A stretch of 64,000 nt of DNA from Amoebidium appalachense. Its lineage: Eukaryota; Protista; Ichthyosporea. This document shows positions 24,636 to 46,484 of the stretch, one piece after another. The DNA is taken from contig CAVNZM010000007.1 in the NCBI GenBank assembly GCA_963693365.1, positions 7,313,962 to 7,377,961 on the forward strand. Reading direction: 5' to 3'. Both the position numbers and the translations under genes were made by a program. Below the pieces are notes generated by a model. It did not search any database, had not been told where the DNA came from, and was given only the letters and a program-made list of their open reading frames with translations. The first letter of the stretch is position 1; every line of letters begins with the position of its first letter.

Positions 24636-24863
24636 GGGGGGAAGAAGGGGGAGCTCTGTTTCGAAGAGACAAGAAGAGTAGGTCAGGACTCCCTGGCAGA
24701 GGTTTCGAACCGCATCCGAACAGTTTCGTCTGCTTTTGTATGTGTGTGTGTGTGTGTTTGTGTGTCTGTGCCAAAACGGTTTGCGTTGAGGGCCGGTGTG
24801 TGTGTGTGTGCGTGTGTGTGTGTGTGTGCACGTGTGTGTATGAGTGTGTGTGTGTGTGTGTGA

Positions 24864-24946
<83 letters not shown>

Positions 24947-25116
24947 GTGTGTGTGTGTGTGACACTGTGCGCGTGCACACACACATGCGTAGGCCAGTGT
25001 GTCTCTCTCGGTGTGTTTCTGTGTGCCAGTATTTGTGTGTGCGCGTGTGTGCGCACGCGCACGTGCGTGTGTAAGTAGGTGGTTGGTGGGCAAACCAAAA
25101 CATTAGCACAAGTTCA

Positions 25117-25359
25117 ATATCACAATAAGACAGCAAAAGAACACCACATGATACACAGTATCCACAATACGGGGGATCACAATGAAGGCACAGAACTGCT
25201 CAAACGCAAAAATCAGAACAAAATCCATATTCAGTATCACAAGAATAGCAAAAGAACACCACAGGATGTATACATACAGTATGCACAATATCGGGGATCA
25301 CAATTATTACAGTAAGGCACAGAACTGCTCAAATGTAAAAATCCGAACAAAATCCATAT
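25117..25359. repeat. Diverged tandem duplication, two ~115-130-bp units
   Basis: agcaaaagaacaccaca...aaggcacagaactgctcaaa...gaacaaaatccatat present twice in tandem. Confidence 0.75.
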
Positions 25360-25835
25360 GACCTCAAAGAAACGCTGCCGTGCCTGCAACAACATAGCGA
25401 AAAAGTAGCCCCACAACCCCCCCCCCCCCCCCCTCCCCCTTCCCCCCTCCCCTCCTCCCCCCCCCCCCCCCCTCCCCCCCTCCCCCCCTCCCCCCCCCCC
25501 CCCCCCCGAAAAAAAAAAAAAAAAAAAAAAAAAAGAAAAAGAAAAGAGGACGGACATCCGTACGTACCTCCCGTGTTGGGTTGTCACAATGTGCGAGAAC
25601 AAGTAGTAATTGGCTGATATTTGAGCTTCAAATTCCTGTGAGCAAAAGTTAACTTGATATATATTTCTGTTCGAGCAGAGAGATTTGCCATCTCACCTTG
25701 CAATTGTACGATGCAAATTTGTCACCTATGTATGTATCTAATGAAATACAGTGGTTGTTATTTACATAGCTATGTACCTTGTTGTATGAAACTGTTGTTG
25801 GCCTTGGTGCCGGGACCTGATCACAGCCTCGCGTG

Positions 25836-26607
25836 TGTAAACATGGTTGTGTATATTGTCGGACAGACTACGGGAGTCGCGCCCTGTAGTTAGTCGCGCT
25901 TACAGACCAATCAAAATGGTTGGTCGGGAAGCAGCGGCGTTGTCTGGATCGCATGGTGAACTGTCCCCTATAAAATGCGGCAGTATCAGCCAGATCCAAT
26001 CAGTTGGAAACATACCTGGACTCGAATCGATGACTGCCGAGGATAAGATCCCATCTCAAGATTGATCGGATCCCATACTGTAAATCCAATCTGCGCTGCC
26101 GCTATGATACACAACCAAATTTACATTGGCGACCGCGGCAGGACCCAAGCATAAGGGGGCTGTTGGTTGGAGGGCCACGCCTGTATAACCTTGGGTGGAG
26201 CCCAAGGCCTCCTAAATAGCACACCTATTTAGGAGGCCTTGGTGGAGCCGTTCGCGGGCTGCTACGGCCTTTTCGCAGGGAGGCGTAGCGCGCGACTCCC
26301 CAACGGGGGGGGAGATGTAAACATGGTTGTGTATATTGTCGGACAGACTACGGGAGTCGCGCCCTGTAGTTAGTCGCGCTTACTGACCAATCAAAATGGT
26401 TGGTCGGGAAGCAGTGGCGTTGTCCCACAATCGCACAGCGAACTGTCCCCTATAAAAGGCGGCAGTATCAGCCAGATCCAATCAGTTGGGAACATACCTG
26501 GACTCGAATCGATGAATGCCGAGGATAAGATCCCATCTCAAGATCGATCAGATCCCATACTGTAGATCCAATCTGCGCTGCCGCTATGATACACAACCAA
26601 ATTTACA
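25836..26607 (+). mobile_element. TRIM (terminal-repeat retrotransposon in miniature): 5' LTR 25836-26125, 190-bp internal region, 3' LTR 26316-26607
   Basis: Two ~290-bp direct repeats, each TGTAAA...TTTACA. PBS TGGCGACCGCGGCAGGA at 26127 just after the 5' LTR. Polypurine tract ggggggggaga before the 3' LTR. 4-bp TSD CGTG (25832-35 and 26608-11). CCAAT and TATAAAA inside each LTR. Confidence 0.93.
26203..26241. mobile_element. 39-bp minimal hAT-like insertion nested in the TRIM
   Basis: Perfect 17-bp inverted repeat caaggcctcctaaatag / ctatttaggaggccttg around a 5-nt loop, flanked by the 8-bp direct repeat GTGGAGCC (26195-202 and 26242-249). Confidence 0.75.
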
Positions 26608-27282
26608 CGTGTAATACTGCATGTCGATAATGAATAGCGCATTCCCTCCCCCTGAGTCGTGATAACTTTCTACTTGATTGTCATGCCTACAGTATATATG
26701 TAGCTACAACGTTCGAATTCTTCGCATTTGCATATGCATGCTCATTGCCACGTGAGCACACTCCGGATCCGTGCTAATCGATTTTTTACATCGCAACATT
26801 TATGGCAAACTAATTGTGAAAATGCACAGGCTGACGGTAAGAATTTTACTTGTGAGAGCGGATTTCTTCTTGTTGTATTAAACTTTGAAAATCTTATAGA
26901 AGCTCTGAAGCTATCATGTGCGCATGTGCAGTGTAGTCGCATGCGCGCAGAGGGAGAGAATCTGTACATGTTTGACACAAGTCATTCCAGCATTCACATG
27001 AACGGACCAATCAGACGATACAGTGGTATATCCTCGAATCATTTCTGAACCATTCAGATCCAAAACCATTTTGCATCTAAAATCAATTGATTGACTACGC
27101 ACCAAAGGAACCAAACATGGCAACTCTCGGTTTTCTACAGGGGGTATATGAACACTGAAAAATGCGAAGGCCGAGTCATTCTCAGAAGTCTCAGAAATTA
27201 CAAGACCGGCCGCATAAGCCCGTTTCGGCACAAAAAAAACTTTCTCTCGCTCAAGTTCCGACATCAATTCCAAAAATATACC

Positions 27283-31523
<4,241 letters not shown>

Positions 31524-31964
31524 GTTTTGAATTCAATTTTTTGTCACTATATTAGTATTATGAAATTATAGGAGGAGAACTTCAGACTTTCAAGTCAGGT
31601 CGGGCCGGGTCAGGGCATTCTCGAGTGTTTTGATTTGGCAAGAGAACATCTCGGGTCGAATGATGTAAAATTTATGGGAGTTAACGTATTGGCTATTTCC
31701 TTCTTTCACATGTGGACAATGTAGTGCTGGAATAATCTCAAGGGTCAATAAAATGCAATGCAACACGGTTCACCTTTTCAGGCAATGTTGATGCAATATT
31801 CACTTAGTGCACTGTGTTTGGCTTCTTTAATTCACAAATGGAAAATAATTACGATAAGTACGAAAATCGTGCCGTTCACTGTGTGGATGGCCATAAAATC
31901 TGAAAACACGGAAAAATCTCTGGGCGGTCCTTTGGTCGTAAGCTTTTAGGCAGCACGCGCGCGT

Positions 31965-32071
<107 letters not shown>

Positions 32072-32102
32072 TATACACACACACACACCGTGACACACAC
32101 GC

Positions 32103-32214
<112 letters not shown>

Positions 32215-32249
32215 GTACCACACACACACACACACACACACACACAAGT

Positions 32250-32341
<92 letters not shown>

Positions 32342-32867
32342 CTGGCACTGTGGTCGGCGCCACATGCTTATGGAGACGAACGGGGCTTGAGGAACTAAAA
32401 TCACCAAAGTGAGGAGAAGGTACAGGTTATATTTGGCAAGTCCTTAAAGTACTCCTTCTGTGAGCGAACAGTTAAGTGTTTAGTCTCGCCTAAAGCCTAG
32501 AGCCTTTGTACGGGGTGCTTTCATGCTCGTTCCTCGCTTCTAGTTTGGCACATCTATTATATTGTCGGTCTCGACGACTTTAGCACACCATGCTGGAGTA
32601 AGCTCACAGGATGGTACTACATAAGGCTACAAAGCCCTGGATTATAGCTACATTTCAAATGGTTAGAATCCACCAATCAAACTCATGGCTTTATAAGGGG
32701 GCTACGATTCCCTCCAATCAAATTTCGTGTGGTGCTTCCTTATCTAAATTCCGCGTATTACTTTGCATTCGGACACATCTAACCCAAAAAAAAAACTTTA
32801 GGAAGAAGAAGAAGAAGAAGAAAAGAAAAAAAGAACTAAAATGAGCCCATTGGTGATGCATCAATCG

Positions 32868-39017
<6,150 letters not shown>

Positions 39018-40647
39018 TATTCTTGCTATCGAGATGTGTGCAACGTCTACTTAATACACGTGAAGTTTGGCTACAGTTGACTTCGAATTTTGTGCTCTGT
39101 GTCCGAAACGGTCATAAGAACAGCGCTAGCTATAGAAGTACAGAACTTCGGAAGTAACAATGATAAGCCCTAACGTAGCTCCTTGAAACGCCTGGAAAAT
39201 CAAAGACGCGAAACTAGACTACAGTGTAGTTGAATTGTTTTTGTGGATGAAACAATAATGCTTGCTAGGGCTGTGTGAGACGTGAATACGCCTGAGTAAC
39301 GTGGTGATACCAAAGCACGTAGGGGCACACCTACTACAGTCAACTAAACTTCGTCTTCGCAAGATCCAGGCACAGCTGGGTGCACCTGTACACACATAAG
39401 TACAAGTGCTTTCCCTCAAATGTGTCGAATGGAAGTGTGTGCGGTAGGCAGGCTTGCGGTCTTGCGGTTATCTGCTGTGTGTGTGTGGGCTTTTGTCATC
39501 CCAGCAACCCTTTTATATGCGCAACTTGCAAGGCAGATCGCCGGGGACGTGCCCCGAATATCTAATCGTCAGTGGGGTAGGCCTAGGCTTGCGTAAGAAG
39601 CCTTGAATGAAGTTCGTATCTAGTAAATAGGAATTTTTTAATCCAATTTGAGCTTTTTCTTACGAGGTTAACATTTATTTTTGAAATTAATTGTGCATGC
39701 GTATGGCTTTTCGCACGCCCTCACAGTCACAGGCTCATGTGCACCGCCGGGCTGGTGCTATCTGAGTTTTTCAAACCTTGCGACCAATCATTTCATTTTC
39801 ACAGCAAGGAATGACACTTAGCCAATGGTTGATCTAAATAGATTTAGGTTTACCAATCAGAACACGGATGCTTTGACAACCATAGATCTAGCCTAGATCT
39901 AATATTAGCAACGGTCGCGGAGAAGCCACCAGTCTTCAACTTGGCTGTGTAAATATAACAGGCATTTTCCACATAATTAAACTACAAACAATTATGATAT
40001 GAAACTCTAGAAGAAAAATATGCAAGCAATCAATGCTAGAGGTTGATTAATAGAAGGAATAAAAAAACGTACGGTCGGGTTAGCAACAAAGTTAGCAACA
40101 CATACACGCGCCCCCCCACACAGCAGGGCTGACGTCATACAGCTATTTATAGTTACCCAATCGCATTTCCAACAACATTACTGCTTTTGACTAACTAAAA
40201 ATCCAAATTTGAAAAACGGCCGCATTTATGTGATTGGTTGAATTCAATCAGCGCGCGTTTTACAAACCACAACGGATCGGACTGCCCGGAAGGATAAACG
40301 GGCATGCACACACACAAAACCTGCAGTTTGAACGATGCGTAGAACGTTGTAAATACCAATGATGGAACAGTAAACTTCTAAATAGAGTCACTTTTTTGAT
40401 AGATAAAAGGTATGTATTGAATCGTAGAACACAGTTTTGAAGCCGGCTAGCGGCAGGGTAACGGGAGGGGACCAAGAAGATGGCTTACTAATATTTTTCC
40501 TTTAGCTCCACAGGGATATCAAGTGTTCGTCAAGTAGCGAGTAGCTAGCAAAACTAGATAGCTAGTTCTGTTAGTCGGTAGTGGTTATATCTCTTATTAC
40601 TTTTATGCTACAGTGTTGAGGGCTTGCTCTTTCACAATAGTAAGAAG
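39018..40647. promoter_or_regulatory. Divergent promoter region between the spherulin-4-like and Emi1-like genes
   Basis: Microsatellite-free. CCAAT/ATTGG boxes (~39785, 39822, 39853, 40157, 40233), TGACGTCA at 40130, TTTGAA at 40208, 40327 and 40436. Confidence 0.5.
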
Positions 40648-41663
40648 ATGGAGACTCCACGACCAAACTCGTCGTTCGGCAGCAGGACCTACAACTTCCT
40701 CGGCCAGGTAGGAACCTTTTCTCTTTCTCCCTTTTTTTACACTTGGAGCGGATTTCTTGTTTTGGAAATGAGAAAACCGTGGGTGTAACGTTTCTCGTGT
40801 CGTTTACGTGCTTATGAAGTTTTGCAGTTTTGTTTTGCCACCAGGCAAAGTGTTCGCAGTCGAGGGTTTGCTGCTTGGGTATCTCAGGCAGAAGTTGCTA
40901 AACCTTGCCAGGCAACTTTGTCTCGTCAAATTATATAACCTTTCTTTTGTCATAACAAATACTCAAAACCATTCATTTTCAATCAATTAAATTTCGCCTC
41001 TCGTGCAGGAAACACCGATCACCGACCAGAAAGCTACCAGCGCATCCCTAGAGGCTTCTGATTCCTTCCAGGATTCGGAAACACCAGCCTCCCGCCTTTC
41101 CCTTGCCTTCAACCGCCTCTGCATTGACGCCCCCAACACACCACTCAGTCTCTCATCCACACCCTTTACGCCTTCTTCACCCACTACACAAACGTCATTT
41201 CCACGACTTGAGCGGAAACATTCGGACAGCTCCGTTCGTTCCCTCCTAAGTGATTTTGAAGAGCTCGAAGATGAAGAAGAAGACATCTTGTCGCCAGCCA
41301 AGCGACAGAGACTTGACACTAGCGCAACAAAAGCACCAGCATTTGCAAAAATAAACTTTCTGGAGGCGCTCCCAGCAGATGTGTCCTTGAAGATTTTGAA
41401 GATGCTCGGCCCCAAAGACCTTTGCATGTATGTGCAGGCTCCCTCTCAACCCCCCCCTGCCCTCCCCTCCCTCCCTCCCTCCTCTTTCCCGCCCATCCCT
41501 TCTCTTCCTATAAGCCAGCAGCACCACCGGTATCTCATACTTCGCCACTTCTCCCTCCACATGTATGTAACCGGTCTTCCAACTACATCGATCGAATTAT
41601 AAAGTCTACTGCTCTTTTTGCCCAATACACGTATGGTCTCCCTCCCTAACCCTTCCCTTCCCT

Positions 41664-41699
<36 letters not shown>

Positions 41700-41880
41700 T
41701 TCTCCCCTCCCTTCCCTCTCCCCGTTTGCCTACATCTTTCCACGACATTACTTTTTCCTACTTTTTTCCGGGTCTGGATGCCCCATTTATATCTCCTAAT
41801 AGTAGGCATCCATAGTAACATCCCCCCCCCCCCCCCCCCCCCCCCCCCCTTCCCCCCCCCCCCTCCCCTTCCCTTCCTCA

Positions 41881-41911
<31 letters not shown>

Positions 41912-42164
41912 GTGTCAGCCGTGTGCCGTAACTGGCGGTGCCTCTCAGGGCAGGACGTGCTTTGGCGGGGTTTATGCCGCATGGAGGTTGACTTTGAGAT
42001 TGGGGGGGGCAGCTGGAGGGCCATCTACTGCGACCTAAGGCGTTACTCTGGCCAGGCTAAAAGTAGCACTAGGAGGGTGTCTACGCCCTCGGACTTGCAG
42101 ATGCGCTTTGGCTTGTATGAGTCGGTATGTCTGACATTCCCTTTTTCCAACACCCCCCCCCCCC

Positions 42165-42195
<31 letters not shown>

Positions 42196-43437
42196 AGTGA
42201 GAGAGTGAGAGAGAGAGACCTCCTCGGGCACAGACTCACCCGATCCGCTCCACTCCACCCTGCCGATCTTTGTGTGTCTTGGTGTATGGGGTAACAGAAA
42301 GTGTAGCATAGATGTGTATGACACCTCCACGTAGCGGTGACAGGGGCGAGCGTTTTGGTAAGGGGGAGAGAGGGGGGGGGGGGGAGGGGGAGGAGGGGAT
42401 GTAGGAAAAGCTACAATCAAGGGGAAGAATGCAGCTTTGCTTGCATATCTCATTTGAACTTCTTTCTGAATCCGCGGCTCCCCTCCCCCTTCTTCCTTTC
42501 TCCTACACACACACACACACACACACACATTCCCTTGTCCCCCTACCTCCCTGCAAACAAAACCAAAACAAAACACACAGCCGCAGACACAGGGCAGTCT
42601 TGTGCCCCACCGTGGCCCAGCCACAAACACAGCGCTCAGACGGCCTGCCCTCCAGCCACCTACGGCCCAGACCGACAGCATGAACATTGTAGTAGTGTGT
42701 GGGGAGGAGGAGAAGGAGAACAACGTGCAGGGCAAGGTGTTGCCACAAAGACAAAGCAGACTGCAGCCACCATCAGCCCTGCTTAGAGGTCCGTATACGT
42801 ACCATTTCTCACAAACCTCTGCATACATGTCCTTCCCATATATCCCCCCCCCCCCCCCCAAAACAAAAAAAAAGAAAGAAAGAAAGAAAGAAAGAAAGAG
42901 GGGGGGGGGGGGGTTAAGCGATTTTTTTTGAGTAATTACACGCGTCTGCAAAAGCTAATGCATCTCACTAACACACCCCTTAACCCTGCAGGCATCCTCC
43001 TTCCGTGCCCCATGTGCACCCACCACGTGCAGATACGAGACCCCAGCCCCCCTCCCACCACACCTCCACCCCTTATTCCCTCCCTCCATATCGCCACCTG
43101 CACCCACTGCGGACACTTGTTCTGTCCGTCATGCCACGCACCAATCACGGCGCACATTCCTGGAATTCCTTGCACCCCCCAGAACAACGAGAGGTCATTG
43201 GGCGAGGTTACAAACACCGTGCTTGCCGTTACCATGACAACCACCCCGTCTCAGCCAATGAAATCGCACGCTACCCCTGTGAGGACGGCAACCAGTCGGC
43301 GTGCGGCTGCCGTCCCATCTGTTACGCCATTGGACGGTTTAAGAGGAGGGCAGAGCAGTGCAAATATAAATGTGAAGAAAGGGGCTGATTTGGCGGGGTC
43401 CAAAGCGAGCAAGAAGAATATCCAGAAGCGGCTGTAA
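40648..43437 (+). CDS. Emi1/Emi2/Rca1-like (FBXO5/FBXO43 family) F-box + zinc-binding-region APC/C inhibitor; 5 exons (40648-40707, 41009-41427, 41911-42124, 42581-42788, 42992-43437), ~448 aa
   Basis: F-box FLEALPADVSLKILKMLGPKDLCMVSAVCRNW. RxxL (RPAL) and KEN motifs in exon 4. ZBR/IBR-type cysteines CPMC...CTHCGHLFCPSC...H...C. C-terminal LAGSKASKKNIQKRL* resembles the Emi1 RL tail (G-T/S-K-x-S-K-K-N-L-R-R-L). Confidence 0.82.
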
Positions 43438-44245
43438 CGATTGAGATATACGAACCGAAATTTCCGAAATTTGAGTGAGGCAAAAAAACCCCGGAACTAG
43501 ATATTGTGAAATACGGTTAGACCCTAGCCCATGTGTTTGATTAAACACGTGGAGTGATGCACTTGAAAAGAATTTACGCAAAATTTACGAAAAATGGGCC
43601 CAACGAATCGTGCCGGCCAACAACAAACATGGATATGGAATAAGCGTGAATGATTGTCAGTAAATATACATCCAGTTTCCTGCTTATGCTTGTGTCTGTA
43701 TTGTATGATTTTTCAGTAATATCTGATTATACAGAACAGATGATTGAAACTTCATTTTCGTATTGCTACTGTGTAGCATTTCTGTTATACAGCCATCGTG
43801 TTTGTGAATGCGATGGGTTTTTATTTTGGAAATTTGTTTAACAGATAGTAACTATGATAAGTAGCAGTGCCTGTAGGCGCTGCATGTAGAACGGGGGCTT
43901 GTTTTCTTGCCCACCTACATGCTTTATATCCTAGTCTATCTAGTTATAATGTGGTGATTCACGCACGTCTGAACCAAGGTGTTCAGATGAATAAACACAA
44001 GCAGAGAATTTATCCTGGGATTTCTTGGGATTGTGAACTTGTGAACCGTGTCCATATGCATGCACATGTTTGTCCCCCTTCCCCCCCAAGTTTTGGTGAA
44101 CTGTGACGAGGCGGATCTATATAAAGACACCAGTGGGAGTGCTGTATAAGGCGCAATATGGACTGCGTGTAAATGGCCGTTTGCGTGTATGGTATTGCAC
44201 TGCCTCGTGCTCTTGGGCTTCCAAAACTGCGTTTAAACGTTTACA

Positions 44246-44465
44246 CCCATCAAAAATACCATCCATTTTTCAACTATACCATCCAACTTTTTTGCATGAT
44301 ACGGTACATTTCCGACCATGGTGTGTGGAGGGTGTGCAGCATTGTGGCCATGATCACGGCCATGGCCATGATGCTACTTAGAAAAACGTCCGGAAATACC
44401 ATCCAGATGCATATAGGAAGATATACGGAAAAAATACCATCCAAATTTCGTTATGTTCGGCCCTG
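44246..44465. mobile_element. Probable truncated DNA-transposon end with ATACCATCCA subterminal repeats
   Basis: Four copies of ataccatcca, ending in ...ttcggccctg (reverse complement cagggcc, hAT-like). No partner end found. Confidence 0.35.
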
Positions 44466-44714
44466 ATGCCATGTCTTTGCATTCTGTAGCTGTCCAGACC
44501 TGTGTACGTGGTTGTGGCTCAGTGACACTCATGCAGTGGCCATGCATATGGGTGATTTTCATGAAGTGCACTGAGGATCAATTGCATCGTTAGTACTATT
44601 TTTATCGGCCTATTTTCGACCTTCTCCCCCTCCCCTCTCAAGCTGCACCGTGATATGTACACACACACACACACATACACACACACACCGTGACAGTCAC
44701 ACGCACGCACACAC

Positions 44715-44760
<46 letters not shown>

Positions 44761-45638
44761 TCACACACACACGTGTACACACACACACACACCCGCACCG
44801 ACCATGCTGAGCCTCCCAGTCTCCCAAGATTAGCCAGTAAGATTGGGTGGTTACCTTTGCCTGCCAGACCCTGAAAAACAGCCCCCTCCCCCCCCGGTGG
44901 CACACACACAAATACACTTTCACTCTACCACCTACTGAGGTGGTGCCTTATTTTCCTTCCTACCTCAGCAGAAATGTCTCGCTAGTAATGACAATGCTTA
45001 TCTGTGTACGCGAAATGACTTCTGCGAATTTGAAGAAGGAAGGCTGCGAAGAAAAAAAGACCGCGCGGGCTGCAAAGAAGGAAGGAAAAATCGTCGATAG
45101 CTCATAGATGGCACGTGACACCATCAGTACGTGTCAGACTTTCACTATAAGAAGAGTGACGGTAAGCTTGGCCCAAAATATAAATCCCAAACTGCTCAAC
45201 ATCTCGGGATTCCCCCCCCCCCCCCCCCCCCCCCCCTCCCTCCCGGCCGCGGTGGTGAACCCCGGCATGTCATTATAAGTGTCCGGGCCACGCCTTTTCT
45301 CACTTTCTGATCTTCTAGTCCGGTAATCCGCATTGCTCAAGAGGACCATATGAGGAGCATTGCCTAAGAAGACACACCATGAATGATATGTCATACATCA
45401 TGTGCAAAGTTTAATATTATCATAATAGTTATCAATGGTTCCGGTGCACGTACATGCCCACCGATTCCTAAGTGGCTCAAAATAGTAAGAATCAGGAATT
45501 CTCTCAGGCGCCGGGGGAGAGGGGGGGGGGGGGGAGGGGGGGGGGAGGGGGGAGGGGGAAGGGGGGAGGCGGGGGCCGAAGGGTGGTAAGGAAGGGGGGA
45601 AAGGCTCGGAGACCAAGGTGGGTGGGGGGGAAGGGGGT

Positions 45639-45672
<34 letters not shown>

Positions 45673-46321
45673 CTGGAGCTGGGCTCAATGATTGGGTGCC
45701 CTGCAGACTGAGGATAGGCAGGCAACCATACCCTGGGGATGGAGGCACTGATGCAGGAGGGGGGAAAGGGGGGGGGGGGGGGGGGGGGGGGGGAGGGGGG
45801 GGGAGGGGGGGGAGGGGGGGGGGGGGGGGGGAAGAGTCATGAATTCCCCGGGATGTCACCCAAGCATGCAACGTGTTACGAGCTAAACATACGTGTCTCT
45901 TTTTTGAGTGATGATGATTGCACCGGTAGCATCTGTTGGCGACAGTTTCAAAGACAAGGCTTTTAATATTAGTAAGTTCATAATTGGTCTTTCACAAGTT
46001 TTGTAATCCGACAGGCAAAGTCTTGCACAAAACATTCTCCCCCCACCCCCCTCCCCCCAGGCCCCCTCGAAGTCCTCCCCCACTACCCTCCCCCCTTCCC
46101 CAACCCCCCCACCCCCACCCCCGAAGCACACATAAACAAAAGACCCCCCCCCCCCTCCCCCCCCGACACACATACAGAGAGAGACACACACACAAGCACA
46201 TGCCTCCTTTGCTTCTTGCAGTACTAGCACCAATCCACCACTAAACTCGCACAATCAATCATATGATAATGATGTGCACAGTCCATAGTAACTCACATGC
46301 CAGTGACAGGCACACACACAC

Positions 46322-46342
46322 AAACCCTAAACCCTAAACCCT
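46322..46342. repeat. Interstitial telomere-like (CCCTAAA)3 tract
   Basis: aaaccctaaaccctaaaccct. Confidence 0.8.
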
Positions 46343-46484
46343 TAGCGTATATATCAATACATATACTTAAATCCTTATGTAGTTTTCTCATCAACCCATT
46401 AATAGTTTAGGCTGAAACTTGGTATTTAGTGGTATTACATCACCCACTACAATATTTGCAGATTCATTACCCTAAAAATATACT

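Noticed and set aside
24685-24730. tRNA-like B-box (GGTTCGAAACC on minus)
   Set aside because: No A-box, cloverleaf or acceptor stem could be built; at most a SINE remnant.
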